Assembly: GCF_058153355.1 (NCBI RefSeq)
Contig: NZ_CM177019.1
DNA length: 64,000 bases
Strand: one strand, 5' to 3'
Position numbers and translations under genes: made by a program. This document shows positions 24,164-35,871 of this stretch, in pieces; position 1 is the stretch's first letter; each line of letters starts with the position of its first letter. Under the pieces are notes generated by a model. The model was not told the DNA's origin. It ran no database searches and saw only the letters and a list, made by a program, of their open reading frames with translations.

Positions 24164-26134
24164 ATGAACATTTCGGAAGTCGATCTGCATAAACTGACGG
24201 TCAGCGATCCGTTCCTCGGTCAGTACCAACAACTGGTCCGCGACGTGGTGATTCCTTATCAGTGGGATGCCTTGAACGATCGTATCCCAGAAGCGGAACC
24301 CAGCCATGCGATTGAAAACTTTCGCATTGCCGCAGGACTGCAAGACGGTGAATTTTACGGGATGGTGTTTCAGGACAGCGACGTCGCCAAATGGCTGGAA
24401 GCGGTAGCCTGGTCGCTGTGCCAGAAGCCGGATGCCGAACTGGAAAAAACTGCTGACGAGGTAATCGAACTGGTCGCTTCCGCCCAGTGCGAAGATGGCT
24501 ATCTCAATACTTACTTTACGGTAAAAGCGCCCGAAGAACGCTGGAGCAATCTGGCGGAGTGTCATGAACTTTACTGCGCCGGTCATCTGATTGAAGCCGG
24601 AGTCGCCTTCTTCCAGGCCACGGGCAAGCGGCGCTTGCTGGAAGTGGTTTGCCGTCTGGCCGATCATATCGACAGCGTATTTGGTCCAGGTGAAAGTAAG
24701 TTACACGGTTATCCTGGTCATCCGGAAATTGAACTGGCACTGATGCGCCTGTATGAAGTGACCGAAGAGCCGCGCTACCTGGCGCTGACGAACTATTTTG
24801 TCGAACAGCGTGGTGCGCAACCGCACTATTACGACTAGGAATATGAAAAGCGCGGGCAGACCTCGCACTGGCACACCTACGGCCCGGCGTGGATGGTGAA
24901 AGACAAAGCCTACAGCCAGGCACATTTGCCCATCGCACAGCAGCAAACCGCCATTGGTCACGCGGTACGTTTTGTCTACCTGATGACCGGCGTCGCGCAT
25001 CTCGCGCGTTTAAGTCACGATGAAAGCAAGCGTCAGGACTGCCTGCGGCTGTGGAACAATATGGCCCAGCGTCAGTTATATATTACCGGCGGCATTGGCT
25101 CACAAAGCAGCGGCGAAGCGTTCAGCAGCGATTACGATCTGCCGAATGACACGGTATACGCCGAAAGCTGTGCTTCCATCGGCCTGATGATGTTCGCCCG
25201 GCGAATGCTGGAAATGGAAGGCGACAGTCACTATGCCGATGTGATGGAGCGCGCACTGTACAACACCGTGCTCGGCGGCATGGCGCTGGATGGCAAACAT
25301 TTCTTCTATGTGAATCCGCTGGAAGTACATCCAAAATCGCTGAAATTCAACCATATCTACGATCACGTTAAGCCGATCCGCCAGCGTTGGTTTGGTTGCG
25401 CTTGTTGTCCGCCAAATATCGCCCGCGTGCTAACCTCGATTGGTCATTATCTCTACACGCCGCGTGAAGATGCGTTGTATATCAACATCTACGCAGGAAA
25501 CAGCATGGAAGTGCCGGTAGAAAATGGCACGCTGCGTCTGCGGGTTAGCGGAAACTATCCGTGGCAGGAACAGGTGACAATTGCGGTTGAATCGCCCCAG
25601 CCGGTGCGTCATACGCTGGCTTTACGTCTGCCGGACTGGTGCACACAGCCGCAGATTACATTGAATGGGGAAGAGGTCGAGCAGGATATTCGTAAAGGGT
25701 ATTTGCACATTACCCGCGAATGGCAGGAGGGCGACACGCTGAATCTGACTTTGCCAATGCCGGTACGTCGCGTTTACGGTAACCCGCTGGTGCGTCACGT
25801 CGCCGGAAAAGTGGCGATTCAGCGCGGCCCGCTGGTGTATTGCCTGGAACAGGCCGACAACGGCGAGTCACTGCATAACCTGTGGCTGCCCGCCGATGCG
25901 CCATTTACGACATTTGAAGGTAATGGATTGTTCCGCCATAAGATCTTAATCCAGGCACCGGGTTACCGGTATGAACAGAGCAATCCAGAGCAGCAACCGC
26001 TGTGGCATTACGACAGCGCGCCAGCCAAACGCCAGCCGCAAACTCTGACATTTATCCCGTGGTTTAGCTGGGCTAACCGGGGTGAAGGCGAAATGCGGAT
26101 CTGGGTGAATGAGGAAAACCAGTGCCATCCGTAG
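24164..26134 (+). pseudogene. Glycoside hydrolase family 127-like (beta-L-arabinofuranosidase / DUF1680) gene interrupted by one in-frame TAG at 24836-24838
   Basis: The ORFs 24116-24838 and 24893-26134 are in the same frame and separated only by an amber codon (…AQPHYYD*EYEKRGQTSHWHTYGPAWMVKDKA…); combined length ~656 aa is typical of GH127; RBS AAGGAG 7 nt before the ATG at 24164. Confidence 0.65.
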
Positions 26135-26136
26135 GT

Positions 26137-26215
26137 AGGATAAGGCGCTCGCGCCGCATCCAACCTAGGGTGCACATTGCCTGATGCGACGCTTAACGCG
26201 TCTTATCAAGCCTGA
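26137..26215. repeat. REP-like palindromic sequence
   Basis: ggataaggcgctcgcgccgcatcc and gcctgatgcgacgc motifs. Confidence 0.4.
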
Positions 26216-26263
26216 AGGTCAGTGCGAGAGCGTAGGCCAGCCGCACCGACATCCACCGGTAAA

Positions 26264-27004
26264 TTAAAAACGCCAGCTCACGCCGGTGACAAAGGTAAAA
26301 CTCTCATTACGATCAATCATCGGGCTGTCGGTAATCTCTTCCGGCAGCTCGCTGTATCCGGCACTCGCCATCAATACGATGTGCTCTCCTATCGGGTATT
26401 TTGCCGTCAGGCTGACATAGGGCACCCAGGCATCCTGCGCGGAATAACTTGCCAGACCGCTACGACGGGACTCACTCTCTGAAATGCCATAGTAATAGTC
26501 ACTGAAATTCTCGTCATAATAGAGAACGCCCAGTGCAGGTGTCAGCGACAGGCGACCTATCTGCATTTTGTGAAATACCGATAGCTCCCCCACCCAGCCG
26601 TTGCTGTTATCCAGAACGTCCGCAGCCGCAGAGGCTTTCACGGTTCCCCAACGCTCGTGGTGATACCAGGCAACCCCCGCCATAGCCGTACTATCACGCT
26701 TATCAAGCTGTTGCATGGCATGATCGTCATTATCTGCAGGGTCAAATTCCAGCGGCATCCAGGATGCGGTCAGGCTAAGTTCATTTTTTTCACTTTGCGA
26801 CAGAATAAAACCTAACGTGGTCTGACGAACATAAAAAGAATCACCTTCATAACTAATCAGCGGAATTGCCTTTGTATTTTCATTATAACCACGATAAGGC
26901 GATTCATTATAAGCTGCACCAGCACCAATGGATAATTCAGAAGCAGTAGCGCTTGCCATAAAAGGCAACGTAAATAACGCCACAATATTGCGGTTAATTA
27001 ACAT
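26264..27004 (-). CDS. yiaT: MipA/OmpV-family outer membrane protein
   Basis: 246 aa with signal peptide MLINRNIVALFTLPFMASATA, beta-barrel-like composition, C-terminal aromatic residue (…VSWRF). Confidence 0.85.
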   Translation of the reverse strand: MLINRNIVALFTLPFMASATASELSIGAGAAYNESPYRGYNENTKAIPLISYEGDSFYVRQTTLGFILSQSEKNELSLTASWMPLEFDPADNDDHAMQQLDKRDSTAMAGVAWYHHERWGTVKASAAADVLDNSNGWVGELSVFHKMQIGRLSLTPALGVLYYDENFSDYYYGISESESRRSGLASYSAQDAWVPYVSLTAKYPIGEHIVLMASAGYSELPEEITDSPMIDRNESFTFVTGVSWRF

Positions 27005-27127
27005 GTCCGGTATTCCATTTTAAAATAAGATAAAAAAGAGTCGGCATAATAATGCTTACAATTTCTCCGGTGCAAGATTCATATTTATATAGTAATATAT
27101 AAAATTATATATAATTGGGCTGTTGCG

Positions 27128-28102
27128 ATGACAAAATTACAACTTAAGTACCGGGAGTTAAAAATTATCTCGGTAATCGCTGCCAGTGAAAATATCAGCC
27201 ATGCCGCGACTGTACTTGGATTCGCACAGGCCAACGTCAGCAAATATCTTGCTGATTTTGAATCAAAAGTAGGTTTAAAAGTCTTTGACCGAACCACCCG
27301 GCAGTTGATGCTCACACCTTTTGGTACCGCGCTGTTACCGTACATCAACGACATGCTGGACAGAAACGAGCAACTTAATAATTTTATTGCAGATTATAAG
27401 CATGAGAAACGTGGTCGGGTCACCATCTACGCCCCAACCGGCATAATTACCTATTTATCCAAACATGTTATCGATAAAATTAAAGATATCGGTGATATCA
27501 CCTTATCGCTAAAAACCTGCAATCTTGAGCGTAATGCCTTTTATGAAGGTGTCGAATTTCCCGATGATTGTGATGTTTTAATCAGCTATGCTCCACCAAA
27601 AGATGAATCGCTGGTTGCCAGTTTTATTACGCAATATGCCGTAACCGCTTATGCCAGTCAGCGCTATCTTGAGAAACATCCCATTAGCCGTCCTGACGAA
27701 CTCGAACATCACTCCTGTATTTTGATCGACTCGATGATGATCGACGACGCGAATATCTGGCGCTTCAACGTCGCCGGGAGTAAAGAGGTGCGGGATTATC
27801 GCGTGAAGGGAAATTACGTTTGCGACAACACGCAATCGGCGCTGGAGCTGGCACGAAATCACCTGGGGATTGTGTTTGCGCCAGACAAAAGTGTGCAGAG
27901 CGACCTGCAAGACGGCACGCTGGTGCCCTGCTTTCAGCAACCGTATGAATGGTGGCTGGATCTGGTGGCTATCTTCCGTAAACGGGAATACCAGCCCTGG
28001 CGGGTCCAGTATGTGCTGGATGAAATGCTGCGTGAAATTCGCCACCAGCTTGCTCAGTCGCAGCAACTGCGGCCTGAACAAGCGGCGGAAAGCGAAGATT
28101 AA
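27128..28102 (+). CDS. yiaU: LysR-family transcriptional regulator
   Basis: 324 aa; N-terminal LysR HTH ([46 protein letters not shown]). Confidence 0.9.
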   Translation: MTKLQLKYRELKIISVIAASENISHAATVLGFAQANVSKYLADFESKVGLKVFDRTTRQLMLTPFGTALLPYINDMLDRNEQLNNFIADYKHEKRGRVTIYAPTGIITYLSKHVIDKIKDIGDITLSLKTCNLERNAFYEGVEFPDDCDVLISYAPPKDESLVASFITQYAVTAYASQRYLEKHPISRPDELEHHSCILIDSMMIDDANIWRFNVAGSKEVRDYRVKGNYVCDNTQSALELARNHLGIVFAPDKSVQSDLQDGTLVPCFQQPYEWWLDLVAIFRKREYQPWRVQYVLDEMLREIRHQLAQSQQLRPEQAAESED

Positions 28103-29235
28103 TGATCGAGATAAAGGTAATGCACCCAACTGGTCATGCGTAACAGCACTTTGCGCATCACCGAGACATGGCTGAAATGATCAGAGTAAACCGCCACCTG
28201 GGCGTAAATACCGTCTGGTAAAGCGCTCAACTCAGTGTGCTCATCCAGTTCAATGGTCGCGATAACGCCATCTGAACCCGGTGCTGTGTTTAACGTCTGT
28301 AAGGTGCCGGTCGACTGATAAGCTCCGCCGGGAACAGCTGGGCTAATGGCTGCCAGCTTACCGCTGAATACCTTACCTGGCAGAGCATTAAACACCACTT
28401 CCGCATCATCGCCGGGAGCCAGTCGCAGCAAGGAGTTCTGACGGAACTGCGCCACAATTTGTCGTTTCTGATCGGGTATAAACACCATCACAGGACGTAG
28501 CGGCAGCGATGCGGCATAGGTACCCGGACGAATCAGCACTTGCGTCACATAACCATCGCTCGGCGCACGCACTATCGTCTGCTCAAGGTTATATTTTGCT
28601 TCCGCGAGCTGCGCTTTCAGGCTGGCGATTTGAGAATGTTCACCCAACACCAGGCTATCCAGCTGGCTCTGGATCTGTTTTTGTTCCGCCGCCGATGACT
28701 TTACGGAGGCTTCCTGCGCCAGATAATTTTGCCGCGCCACATCAATATCGCGTTCTGAAAACGGGTTTACTTTCGCCTGGCTGCCGCGTGCGTAACGCTG
28801 GTACTCTTTAGCGAATTTATCCCGCGTGGCCTTTGCCTGCTGAGTATTCGCCGCCATCTCATCTAACTCTGCGCCCAACGCCCGCTGTTTATGTTCTGCG
28901 GTAACGATATCCGCCATCAGCCGATCCACCCGCGCCTGATAACGCGTCGGGTCCAGTCGAAATAGCACCTCACCTTTTTTAATCAGCGTATTTTTCTTGT
29001 CCGTCACTTCGATCACCACGCCTGTCACCTGCGGGACAACAGGAATAGAAATAACTGCTTTTTGCGCTTTAAAGGTATACGGATGGTTATAGTTCATTAA
29101 CAGAATTAGACCGCTGACAATAAATATGCCACCCAGGGCCGCGGTGGGAATGGTCCATTTATTTACAGGAATTTTGAAGATCTTAAACATTGCCCATGCG
29201 AAAGCCACATAGGTCAAAATAATCAGTAAATCCAT
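28099..29235 (-). CDS. yiaV: HlyD-family membrane fusion (periplasmic adaptor) protein
   Basis: 378 aa; N-terminal TM anchor, coiled-coil, beta-barrel domain. Confidence 0.9.
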   Translation of the reverse strand: MDLLIILTYVAFAWAMFKIFKIPVNKWTIPTAALGGIFIVSGLILLMNYNHPYTFKAQKAVISIPVVPQVTGVVIEVTDKKNTLIKKGEVLFRLDPTRYQARVDRLMADIVTAEHKQRALGAELDEMAANTQQAKATRDKFAKEYQRYARGSQAKVNPFSERDIDVARQNYLAQEASVKSSAAEQKQIQSQLDSLVLGEHSQIASLKAQLAEAKYNLEQTIVRAPSDGYVTQVLIRPGTYAASLPLRPVMVFIPDQKRQIVAQFRQNSLLRLAPGDDAEVVFNALPGKVFSGKLAAISPAVPGGAYQSTGTLQTLNTAPGSDGVIATIELDEHTELSALPDGIYAQVAVYSDHFSHVSVMRKVLLRMTSWVHYLYLDH

Positions 29236-29240
29236 AAGTA

Positions 29241-29564
29241 TTACTCGGCAGAAGAGGATTTGATGTCGGCGAGCTGTTTCTCCAGCCCGGCAATACGCTG
29301 TTGTAGTTGCACAACGGAGGAGTCATGGTTTTGCATTCCCCATCCCCGCTCCGGGCGATAAAGCGTGGCCCAAATCCACAAAAATGGCCAGATAACATGC
29401 AGCGTAAAAAGACTCACCCAACCAGCAACATGAATGGCGTCGGCATGAGGATGATTACGTTTTTTAGCAATCAGGTAGGGAATATCATGTAAAATAATAA
29501 TCCCATAGAATATCACCAGAAATACAAAAATAAGCACTCCCAGTGCAAAATAGTCCAGGAACAT
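29241..29564 (-). CDS. yiaW: DUF3302 small inner-membrane protein
   Basis: 107 aa from [30 protein letters not shown]; immediately upstream of yiaV on the same strand. Confidence 0.85.
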   Translation of the reverse strand: MFLDYFALGVLIFVFLVIFYGIIILHDIPYLIAKKRNHPHADAIHVAGWVSLFTLHVIWPFLWIWATLYRPERGWGMQNHDSSVVQLQQRIAGLEKQLADIKSSSAE

Positions 29565-29725
29565 ATTTCCCTCAGAGAATATAAAAAAGAACAATTAACG
29601 CATATTATGAAATGCCATGATGCAGTGCAATTTCCTTATTTATATAACGACATATTGTTTTTTATATACTTTCCGAAGTGTGCTACCTGGCTTTTCAACA
29701 GGTCGAGGTTTATCATATTGAAATA

Positions 29726-30061
29726 ATGGAACTATTGACCAAACTAATGAATAACCCCAGTAAAACATCCACAGTACAGATAAAGCGTATTAAACCTTCA
29801 ATTATCTACCGTTTATTGCTGATTGGCCTCGGAACACCAATGGTGATTTACGGTCTGGTTTGCGGCGTTTTAGGCATATTTGGCTACGATCAGGTGAGAT
29901 GGAACGACACCGTGATCCACGGCCTGCTGGCCCTGCCTGCGGGATTGCTTGCAGGCCTGTCAGTCAGTGTGTTCCTCACCGTGGTGATTGGCACCATCGC
30001 TTGTTTTGGTCTGTGGCTGTACAGCCTGGTCCGCCCGCTCACCATCGAAACGCGAGATTAA
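29726..30061 (+). CDS. Hypothetical small membrane protein (start uncertain; 29678 is an alternative)
   Basis: ORF with hydrophobic helices (LLLIGLGTPMVIYGLVCGVLGIFGY; LLALPAGLLAGLSVSVFLTVVIGTIACFGLWLY); convergent with hicB; no family recognised. Confidence 0.4.
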   Translation: MELLTKLMNNPSKTSTVQIKRIKPSIIYRLLLIGLGTPMVIYGLVCGVLGIFGYDQVRWNDTVIHGLLALPAGLLAGLSVSVFLTVVIGTIACFGLWLYSLVRPLTIETRD

Positions 30062-30468
30062 ACGCCCGGCAATACACGCCGGGCGGCTTCCGCCAGAAAC
30101 GCACTTCTGTTGGCGTAGTCTGGGTTATTGCGCACGTAGGTATCAATCTTGTTCAGTAATCTTTTCGGCATCGTAATATTGATACGTTCAGCCCGACCTT
30201 CGAACTGATTCATATTGATATCCACCAGCAACCATTGCCCGCCAATAAAGTCCTGCGCACGCTGGACCAGATGTGTTTCCACAGAGCCTGGAAGCGGCAA
30301 CTCTTCATTCATCTCGCATAAGGTTTCGAAGTGCGCGACCAGTGCACTTCGCGCATCCTGGAAAGCGTTGTCCAGCGTATCACCAGCAAAATAACAGCCT
30401 GGAACATCAGGGAAAAAACCGCTGGCGCTGCCGTCAGGATCACTGTGGATATAGGCGGGATAAAACAT
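30058..30468 (-). CDS. hicB: HicB-family antitoxin (RNase H-like fold N-domain + C-terminal RHH DNA-binding motif)
   Basis: 136 aa; …NITMPKRLLNKIDTYVRNNPDYANRSAFLAEAARRVL is a ribbon-helix-helix tail typical of HicB; located 16 bp downstream of the hicA-like ORF. Confidence 0.75.
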   Translation of the reverse strand: MFYPAYIHSDPDGSASGFFPDVPGCYFAGDTLDNAFQDARSALVAHFETLCEMNEELPLPGSVETHLVQRAQDFIGGQWLLVDINMNQFEGRAERINITMPKRLLNKIDTYVRNNPDYANRSAFLAEAARRVLPGV

Positions 30469-30484
30469 ATTGCCTCCTGAAATT

Positions 30485-30670
30485 TTAAAATGTTAAACCA
30501 GCCTGACGCCCAATTTGCGCCAGCGTACCGGGCTTAATATCTTTTTTAGGGTGCGGAACCGTCACCAGACCCGGATGAACAGGGTGGCGGAACTGATGAT
30601 GACTACCACGGGTTCGAATATGTTCCCAGCCATGCTGCTTCAGGATGGCGATCACGTCTGCACTTTTCAC
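30485..30670 (-). CDS. hicA: HicA-family mRNA interferase toxin
   Basis: 61 aa: …TRGSHHQFRHPVHPGLVTVPHPKKDIKPGTLAQIGRQAGLTF matches the HicA signature (GSHH…P…K-D-I/L…G-T-L…I…Q-A-G-L). Confidence 0.75.
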   Translation of the reverse strand: MKSADVIAILKQHGWEHIRTRGSHHQFRHPVHPGLVTVPHPKKDIKPGTLAQIGRQAGLTF

Positions 30671-30947
30671 ATCCCTGCCCTTCCATGATTATACACACGA
30701 TACACACACATTTAGCAATAACAATCACGATAGCGCGATTTATATGGGCCGTCAGGGGGATAAAGTTGACTCAGGAATGCCGTTCGGAAGAAGAATAACG
30801 GTGTGCAGTAACTTGTTGAAAAGATGTGAGGAGACTCGTAATTAAGTTCAATCAATATTCAGTCATTCAAGACGTAGACATTTGAATTGGTAAAACGCGA
30901 AAGCGTCGCATCAGGCAATGAATACCCGATGCGACCAGCTTCTTACA

Positions 30948-32485
30948 TCAGAACAGCCCCAACGGTTTATCTGAGTAGCTCACCAGCAGGCACTTGGTTT
31001 GCTGATAATGCTCAAGCATCATCTTATGGGTTTCGCGCCCAATACCCGACTGCTTATAGCCACCAAACGCCGCATGTGTCGGGTAAGCGTGATAACAGTT
31101 GGTCCACACTCGCCCGGCCTGAATGCCGCGCCCCATCTTATAGGCCAGATTACCGTTGCGGCTCCAGACACCAGCCCCCAGACCATATTGCGTGTCGTTC
31201 GCCAGCTCCAGCGCTTCTTCCATCGTTTTGAAGGTGGTTACCGCCAGCACCGGACCAAAAATTTCTTCCTGGAACACGCGCATATTATTCTGACCAAACA
31301 GAATCGTCGGTTCGAGGTAGTAGCCGTCTTTCAGTTCGCCTTCCAGCAGCTTGCGCCGCCCACCGGTGAGCACGTCTGCGCCCTCTTTTTTACCGATATC
31401 AATGTAGTTGAGGATGGTTTCCAGTTGCCCGTGCGAAACTTGCGCCCCCATTTGCGTCACGCTATCGAGCGGGTTACCGCTGCGAATGCTTTCGACACGG
31501 CGGATGGCGCGTTCCATAAAGCGTTCGTAGATAGACTCCTGCACTAAAGCACGGCTTGGACAGGTGCAAACTTCGCCCTGGTTAAAGGCAAACAGTGCAA
31601 AGCCTTCCAGCGCTTTATCGAAAAAGGCATCTTCTTCATCCATCACATCAGCAAAGAAGATATTGGCGACTTGCCGCCCAGCTCCAGGGTTACCGGAATA
31701 ATATTTTGCGTGGCGTACTGCATAATTTGTTGGCCCACTTCCGTTGAGCCGGTAAACGCCACTTTAGCGATGCGTTTCGAGGTCGCCAGATATTCGCCAA
31801 TTTCCCCACCAGCACCGTTGACCACGTTCACCACGCCCGGCGGCAGTAAATCACCGACGATTTCCATTAGCAGCAGTACAGAAAGCGGGGTAAGACGTGC
31901 GGGTTTCAGCACCACACAGTTGCCCGCCGCCAGCGCGGGAGCCATTTTCCAGCTCGCCATCAGCAGCGGGAAGTTCCACGGAATAATCTGCCCCACCACG
32001 CCTAACGGTTCGTGGAAGTGATAAGCCACAGTTTCGCTATCAACTTCACTGATCCCACCTTCCTGCGCCCGAATACACGAGGCGAAATAGCGGAAGTGGT
32101 CAATCGCCAGCGGTACATCAGCAGCACTGGTTTCGCGAATGGGTTTGCCGTTATCCCAGGTTTCAGCCGTCGCTAAAAGTTCGAGGTTTTGCTCCATTCG
32201 ATCGGCAATCTTAAACAGAATCGCCGCGCGATCCTGCACCGAAGTATGCGCCCATTTATCTTTCACTTTATGCGCAGCATCCAGCGCCAGATCGATATCT
32301 CGTTTACCCGAAGACGCCACTTCGCACAGTAGCTGCCCGGTCACCGGCGTCAGGTTCTGGTAATACTCGCCGTCGGCGGGCGCGACCCATTCGCCGCCAA
32401 TAAAGTTGTCATAGCGGGCTTTTAACTTGAGGGGGAAGCCATACTCGCCGGGCTTAATCTGTGCTGAAGGGGGATTGTTGGTCAT
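30948..32485 (-). pseudogene. aldB: Aldehyde dehydrogenase B with a 1-bp deletion (frameshift) near codon ~279
   Basis: N-fragment ([20 protein letters not shown]… to …LELGGKSP) and C-fragment (…[16 protein letters not shown]… to …DKPLGLF) are both ALDH sequence in different frames; junction reads ggcaagtcgccaatatcttc, where a further A (ccaaatatc) would restore …[16 protein letters not shown]…. Confidence 0.8.
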
Positions 32486-32685
32486 GATCGTCTCCTTGCG
32501 GTGTGAGGTATAACAAGGGTAGACGTGACTGGCGAAATCTTCGCCAGCTGGTGATAGCTTTACGACGGCTATCACGAATTTACGGGCAAGGATTACAGAG
32601 ATAACTAAAACTCTCTCAAAAATCGCAAATTTTGAGAGAGTTGAAAAAATGGCTGACAATTAGCCAGCCATTGTGGGAATGATGA

Positions 32686-33837
32686 TTACATCGCCGCGCG
32701 ATAAATCGCCACAATTTCTTCGTGAGTTGCCTGAATCGGGTTAGTAAAGCCGCAGGCATCTTTCAGGGCATTGGTCGCCAGTACCGCGAAATCTTCTTCT
32801 TTCACGTTCAGGTCACGCAAGCCTGCCGGGATATTCACTTTCTTCGCCAGTTCACGGATGGCATTGATGCAGGCTTCTGCACCTTCCGCGTCGTTTTTAC
32901 CTGTCACGTTAACACCCATCGCGGCAGCGCAGTCACGCAAACGTGCAGCAGCGACTTTACTGTTGAATACCTGAACGTGCGGCAGCAGAACGGCGTTACA
33001 TACACCGTGCGGCAGATTGTAGAAACCACCTAACTGGTGCGCCATCGCATGAACATAACCCAGAGACGCATTGTTGAACGCCATACCCGCGAGGAACTGA
33101 GCGTAAGCCATTGCTTCGCGCGCTTTCTCATTGCTGCCATCTTCAACGGCTAAGGGCAGGTTTTCGGCAATCATAGTCACCGCTTTCAGTGCGCAAGCGT
33201 CGGTGATCGGCGTGGCGGCAATAGACACATACGCCTCGATAGCGTGCGTTAAGGCATCCATACCCGTTGCAGCGGTCAGTGACTTCGGCATACCGATCAT
33301 CAGAGAGGAGTCATTGACAGAAAGCAGCGGAGTCACGTGCTTATCCACAATCGCCATTTTGATGTGACGTGCTTCGTCGGTGATGATGCAGAAACGGGTC
33401 ATTTCTGATGCCGTACCCGCCGTGGTGTTGATGGCGATCATCGGCAACTGCGGTTTTGCAGAGCGGTCAACGCCTTCATAATCGCGGATGTCACCGCCGT
33501 TGGCTGCAACCAGCGCAATACCTTTTGCGCAGTCGTGTGGAGAACCACCGCCTAAGGAAATCACGCTATCGCAATTATTTTCTTTAAGTAATTTCAAACC
33601 TGCAGCGACGTTTTCCGTGGTGGGGTTAGGTTGGGTGCCATCATAAATAACGCTAAAAATATTGCGTTCTTCCAGTGCTTTTTGCACATCACCCGCCATA
33701 CCCAATTTCGTTAACATATTGTCAGTGACAATTAAGGTACGGGTAAATCCATAATCTGCCATCATATTCATTGCATCATTCAATGAATCAGCGCCGATAA
33801 CATTCACGGAAGGAATAAAAAAGGTTGAAGCTGCCAT
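32686..33837 (-). CDS. yiaY: Iron-containing (group III) alcohol dehydrogenase
   Basis: 383 aa; Fe-ADH signatures ([11 protein letters not shown], metal-binding His motifs). Confidence 0.9.
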   Translation of the reverse strand: MAASTFFIPSVNVIGADSLNDAMNMMADYGFTRTLIVTDNMLTKLGMAGDVQKALEERNIFSVIYDGTQPNPTTENVAAGLKLLKENNCDSVISLGGGSPHDCAKGIALVAANGGDIRDYEGVDRSAKPQLPMIAINTTAGTASEMTRFCIITDEARHIKMAIVDKHVTPLLSVNDSSLMIGMPKSLTAATGMDALTHAIEAYVSIAATPITDACALKAVTMIAENLPLAVEDGSNEKAREAMAYAQFLAGMAFNNASLGYVHAMAHQLGGFYNLPHGVCNAVLLPHVQVFNSKVAAARLRDCAAAMGVNVTGKNDAEGAEACINAIRELAKKVNIPAGLRDLNVKEEDFAVLATNALKDACGFTNPIQATHEEIVAIYRAAM

Positions 33838-34026
33838 AATACACTCCTGAAAGAGTAAAAAAGGGCCGGCAGCTTACTGAGGATTTTCATTTGAAAATAT
33901 GATCAACATTACCGTTTATTAAAATATTTTTAATAAAAAGCACGTTACATTCATCAAATAACGTGCTTCCTTAACATTAATAAGAACTTTGTATTAATTC
34001 ATATTTATTATGAATTAATCGCTCCC

Positions 34027-35871
34027 TTATTTTTCGGGAAATAATAATGCGTCGCGCAATAAATGATCATTTCCACGGCGACGCGTAAAGCCAATGCGGT
34101 CAAAATATTCCAGGATTTGAATTGCCAGCTTTCGGCCTACGCCTAAGCGATCGCGGAAATCCGCCGCGCAGGTTGAACCACATTCCTGATCGAGATCGCG
34201 GATCATATTGGCAAACTCGACAATCCGATCGTTACGGTAATAACGATCTTTAACGATCGCGGTAATTATCCCCTGTTGGGCCGCCTGGCGTAGCGTCAAA
34301 CGCATTGCCTGCTCGTCGGTTCCCGTCTCTTTTGCCAGGTCACGCACCCACCACGGCTCGTCACCAAACAGCGGCTCCGCTTTTTGCCAGATGGCCTGCT
34401 GCTCTTCGCTGAATCCCGCTTTATGATCCGGCAGATGCAGCCAACCGTGATGACTGAGGATGTCGCCGCTTTCGCGCATCTTTTCAATCAGCAACAGCAC
34501 CAGCGCTTCATCTTCCATTGGCAACGCCATGCGCCGCAGACGCTCGCGCCCAGGACCTGGTTCATCGCGATGTTGCTCATGATAAGTCGCTAATGTGTCG
34601 AGAATTTTCCGCTGCCAGCGAGCGGCAACCGGCGCATTCAACAAGCTATAACCAGCCTGAATATAGCCAGGCTGTTGCAGCAGTTCGCGCATCCCTTCGC
34701 CGTTGAGCTGGCGCGCCCAGGCGAAATCAGCAAGGTTAACCGCTCCGCGTTCCAGATGAATAGCTAACGCATCGGCATCGCTCTGCGCCTGTGCAAGAGA
34801 CGCCAGCCATTGCAGATATTCCGGCTTACGTTTACCGCGACGCGGCGGGTTAAGCATCACCACGCGCGCCCCCGCCAGCGTGTTGCGGGCCGAGATATCG
34901 CGTAGCACTAAGCGATCGTTATCTGCCAGCCACAGCGGCGTGTCGAACACCAACTCGGCAAGGTTATCTTCCAGCAGCGAAACGCGTCCCGTAACGTGGC
35001 TGGCGGCGTGGTGAATATGCAGCGGCTGCCACTGGGTCAACGGTGTATGAGTTTGAAGCTCGACTATCACCCGCGTAAACGGCTCCGGCGGCGCATCGGC
35101 AAGCAACCAGTCCCCACGGTTAATCTGTTCTTTTTCCGCATCACCCGCGATATTAAGCGCAATACGCTGCCCGGCATGAGCTGCATTTGTTGGCTGATTT
35201 TGCGCATGCAGCGCACGCACGCGCATCGGTTTATTTACACCAGTCAGCCAGAGTGAATCGCCTACCTTCACTTCCCCACTTAACGCCGTACCGGTGACGA
35301 CCAGCCCGGCACCTTTTACGGTAAAAGCACGGTCGATAGCGAGGCGGAAGCTATGTTGGCTGGCGTGTTCACGTTCTGGTAACTGAAGCAGATGCTCGCG
35401 CAGGGCATCAATTCCCCGGCCTTCGGTTGCTGCGGTGATAAACAGTTTTGCCTCAGCAAAACCGTATTCCCGCAGCACCTCCTTTACCTGGCGTTCAACC
35501 TCATCAACACGCGCTTCGTCCACGCGATCGGCTTTGGTCAGCGCCACTGTCAGCATCGGGTTACCGGTCAGCTGCAAAATCGCCAGATGCTCACGAGTCT
35601 GTGCCATCACGCCGTCATCGCACGCCACCACCAACAGCGCGTGATCGATACCCCCGACGCCCGCCAGCATGTTGGAAAGAAACTTTTCATGGCCGGGAAC
35701 GTCGATAAAACCCGGAACACGACCATCCGGCTGCGGCCAGTAGGCATAGCCGAGATCGATGGTCATGCCGCGCTTTTTTTCTTCCGGCAGACGGTCGGCA
35801 TTTACGCCAGTAATCGCCTGCAATAAGGTTGTTTTGCCGTGGTCAACGTGTCCGGCAGTCGCAATAATCAT
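34027..35871 (-). CDS. selB: Selenocysteine-specific translation elongation factor
   Basis: 614 aa; N-terminal GTPase ([22 protein letters not shown]…) plus C-terminal winged-helix extension; overlaps selA. Confidence 0.95.
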   Translation of the reverse strand: MIIATAGHVDHGKTTLLQAITGVNADRLPEEKKRGMTIDLGYAYWPQPDGRVPGFIDVPGHEKFLSNMLAGVGGIDHALLVVACDDGVMAQTREHLAILQLTGNPMLTVALTKADRVDEARVDEVERQVKEVLREYGFAEAKLFITAATEGRGIDALREHLLQLPEREHASQHSFRLAIDRAFTVKGAGLVVTGTALSGEVKVGDSLWLTGVNKPMRVRALHAQNQPTNAAHAGQRIALNIAGDAEKEQINRGDWLLADAPPEPFTRVIVELQTHTPLTQWQPLHIHHAASHVTGRVSLLEDNLAELVFDTPLWLADNDRLVLRDISARNTLAGARVVMLNPPRRGKRKPEYLQWLASLAQAQSDADALAIHLERGAVNLADFAWARQLNGEGMRELLQQPGYIQAGYSLLNAPVAARWQRKILDTLATYHEQHRDEPGPGRERLRRMALPMEDEALVLLLIEKMRESGDILSHHGWLHLPDHKAGFSEEQQAIWQKAEPLFGDEPWWVRDLAKETGTDEQAMRLTLRQAAQQGIITAIVKDRYYRNDRIVEFANMIRDLDQECGSTCAADFRDRLGVGRKLAIQILEYFDRIGFTRRRGNDHLLRDALLFPEK

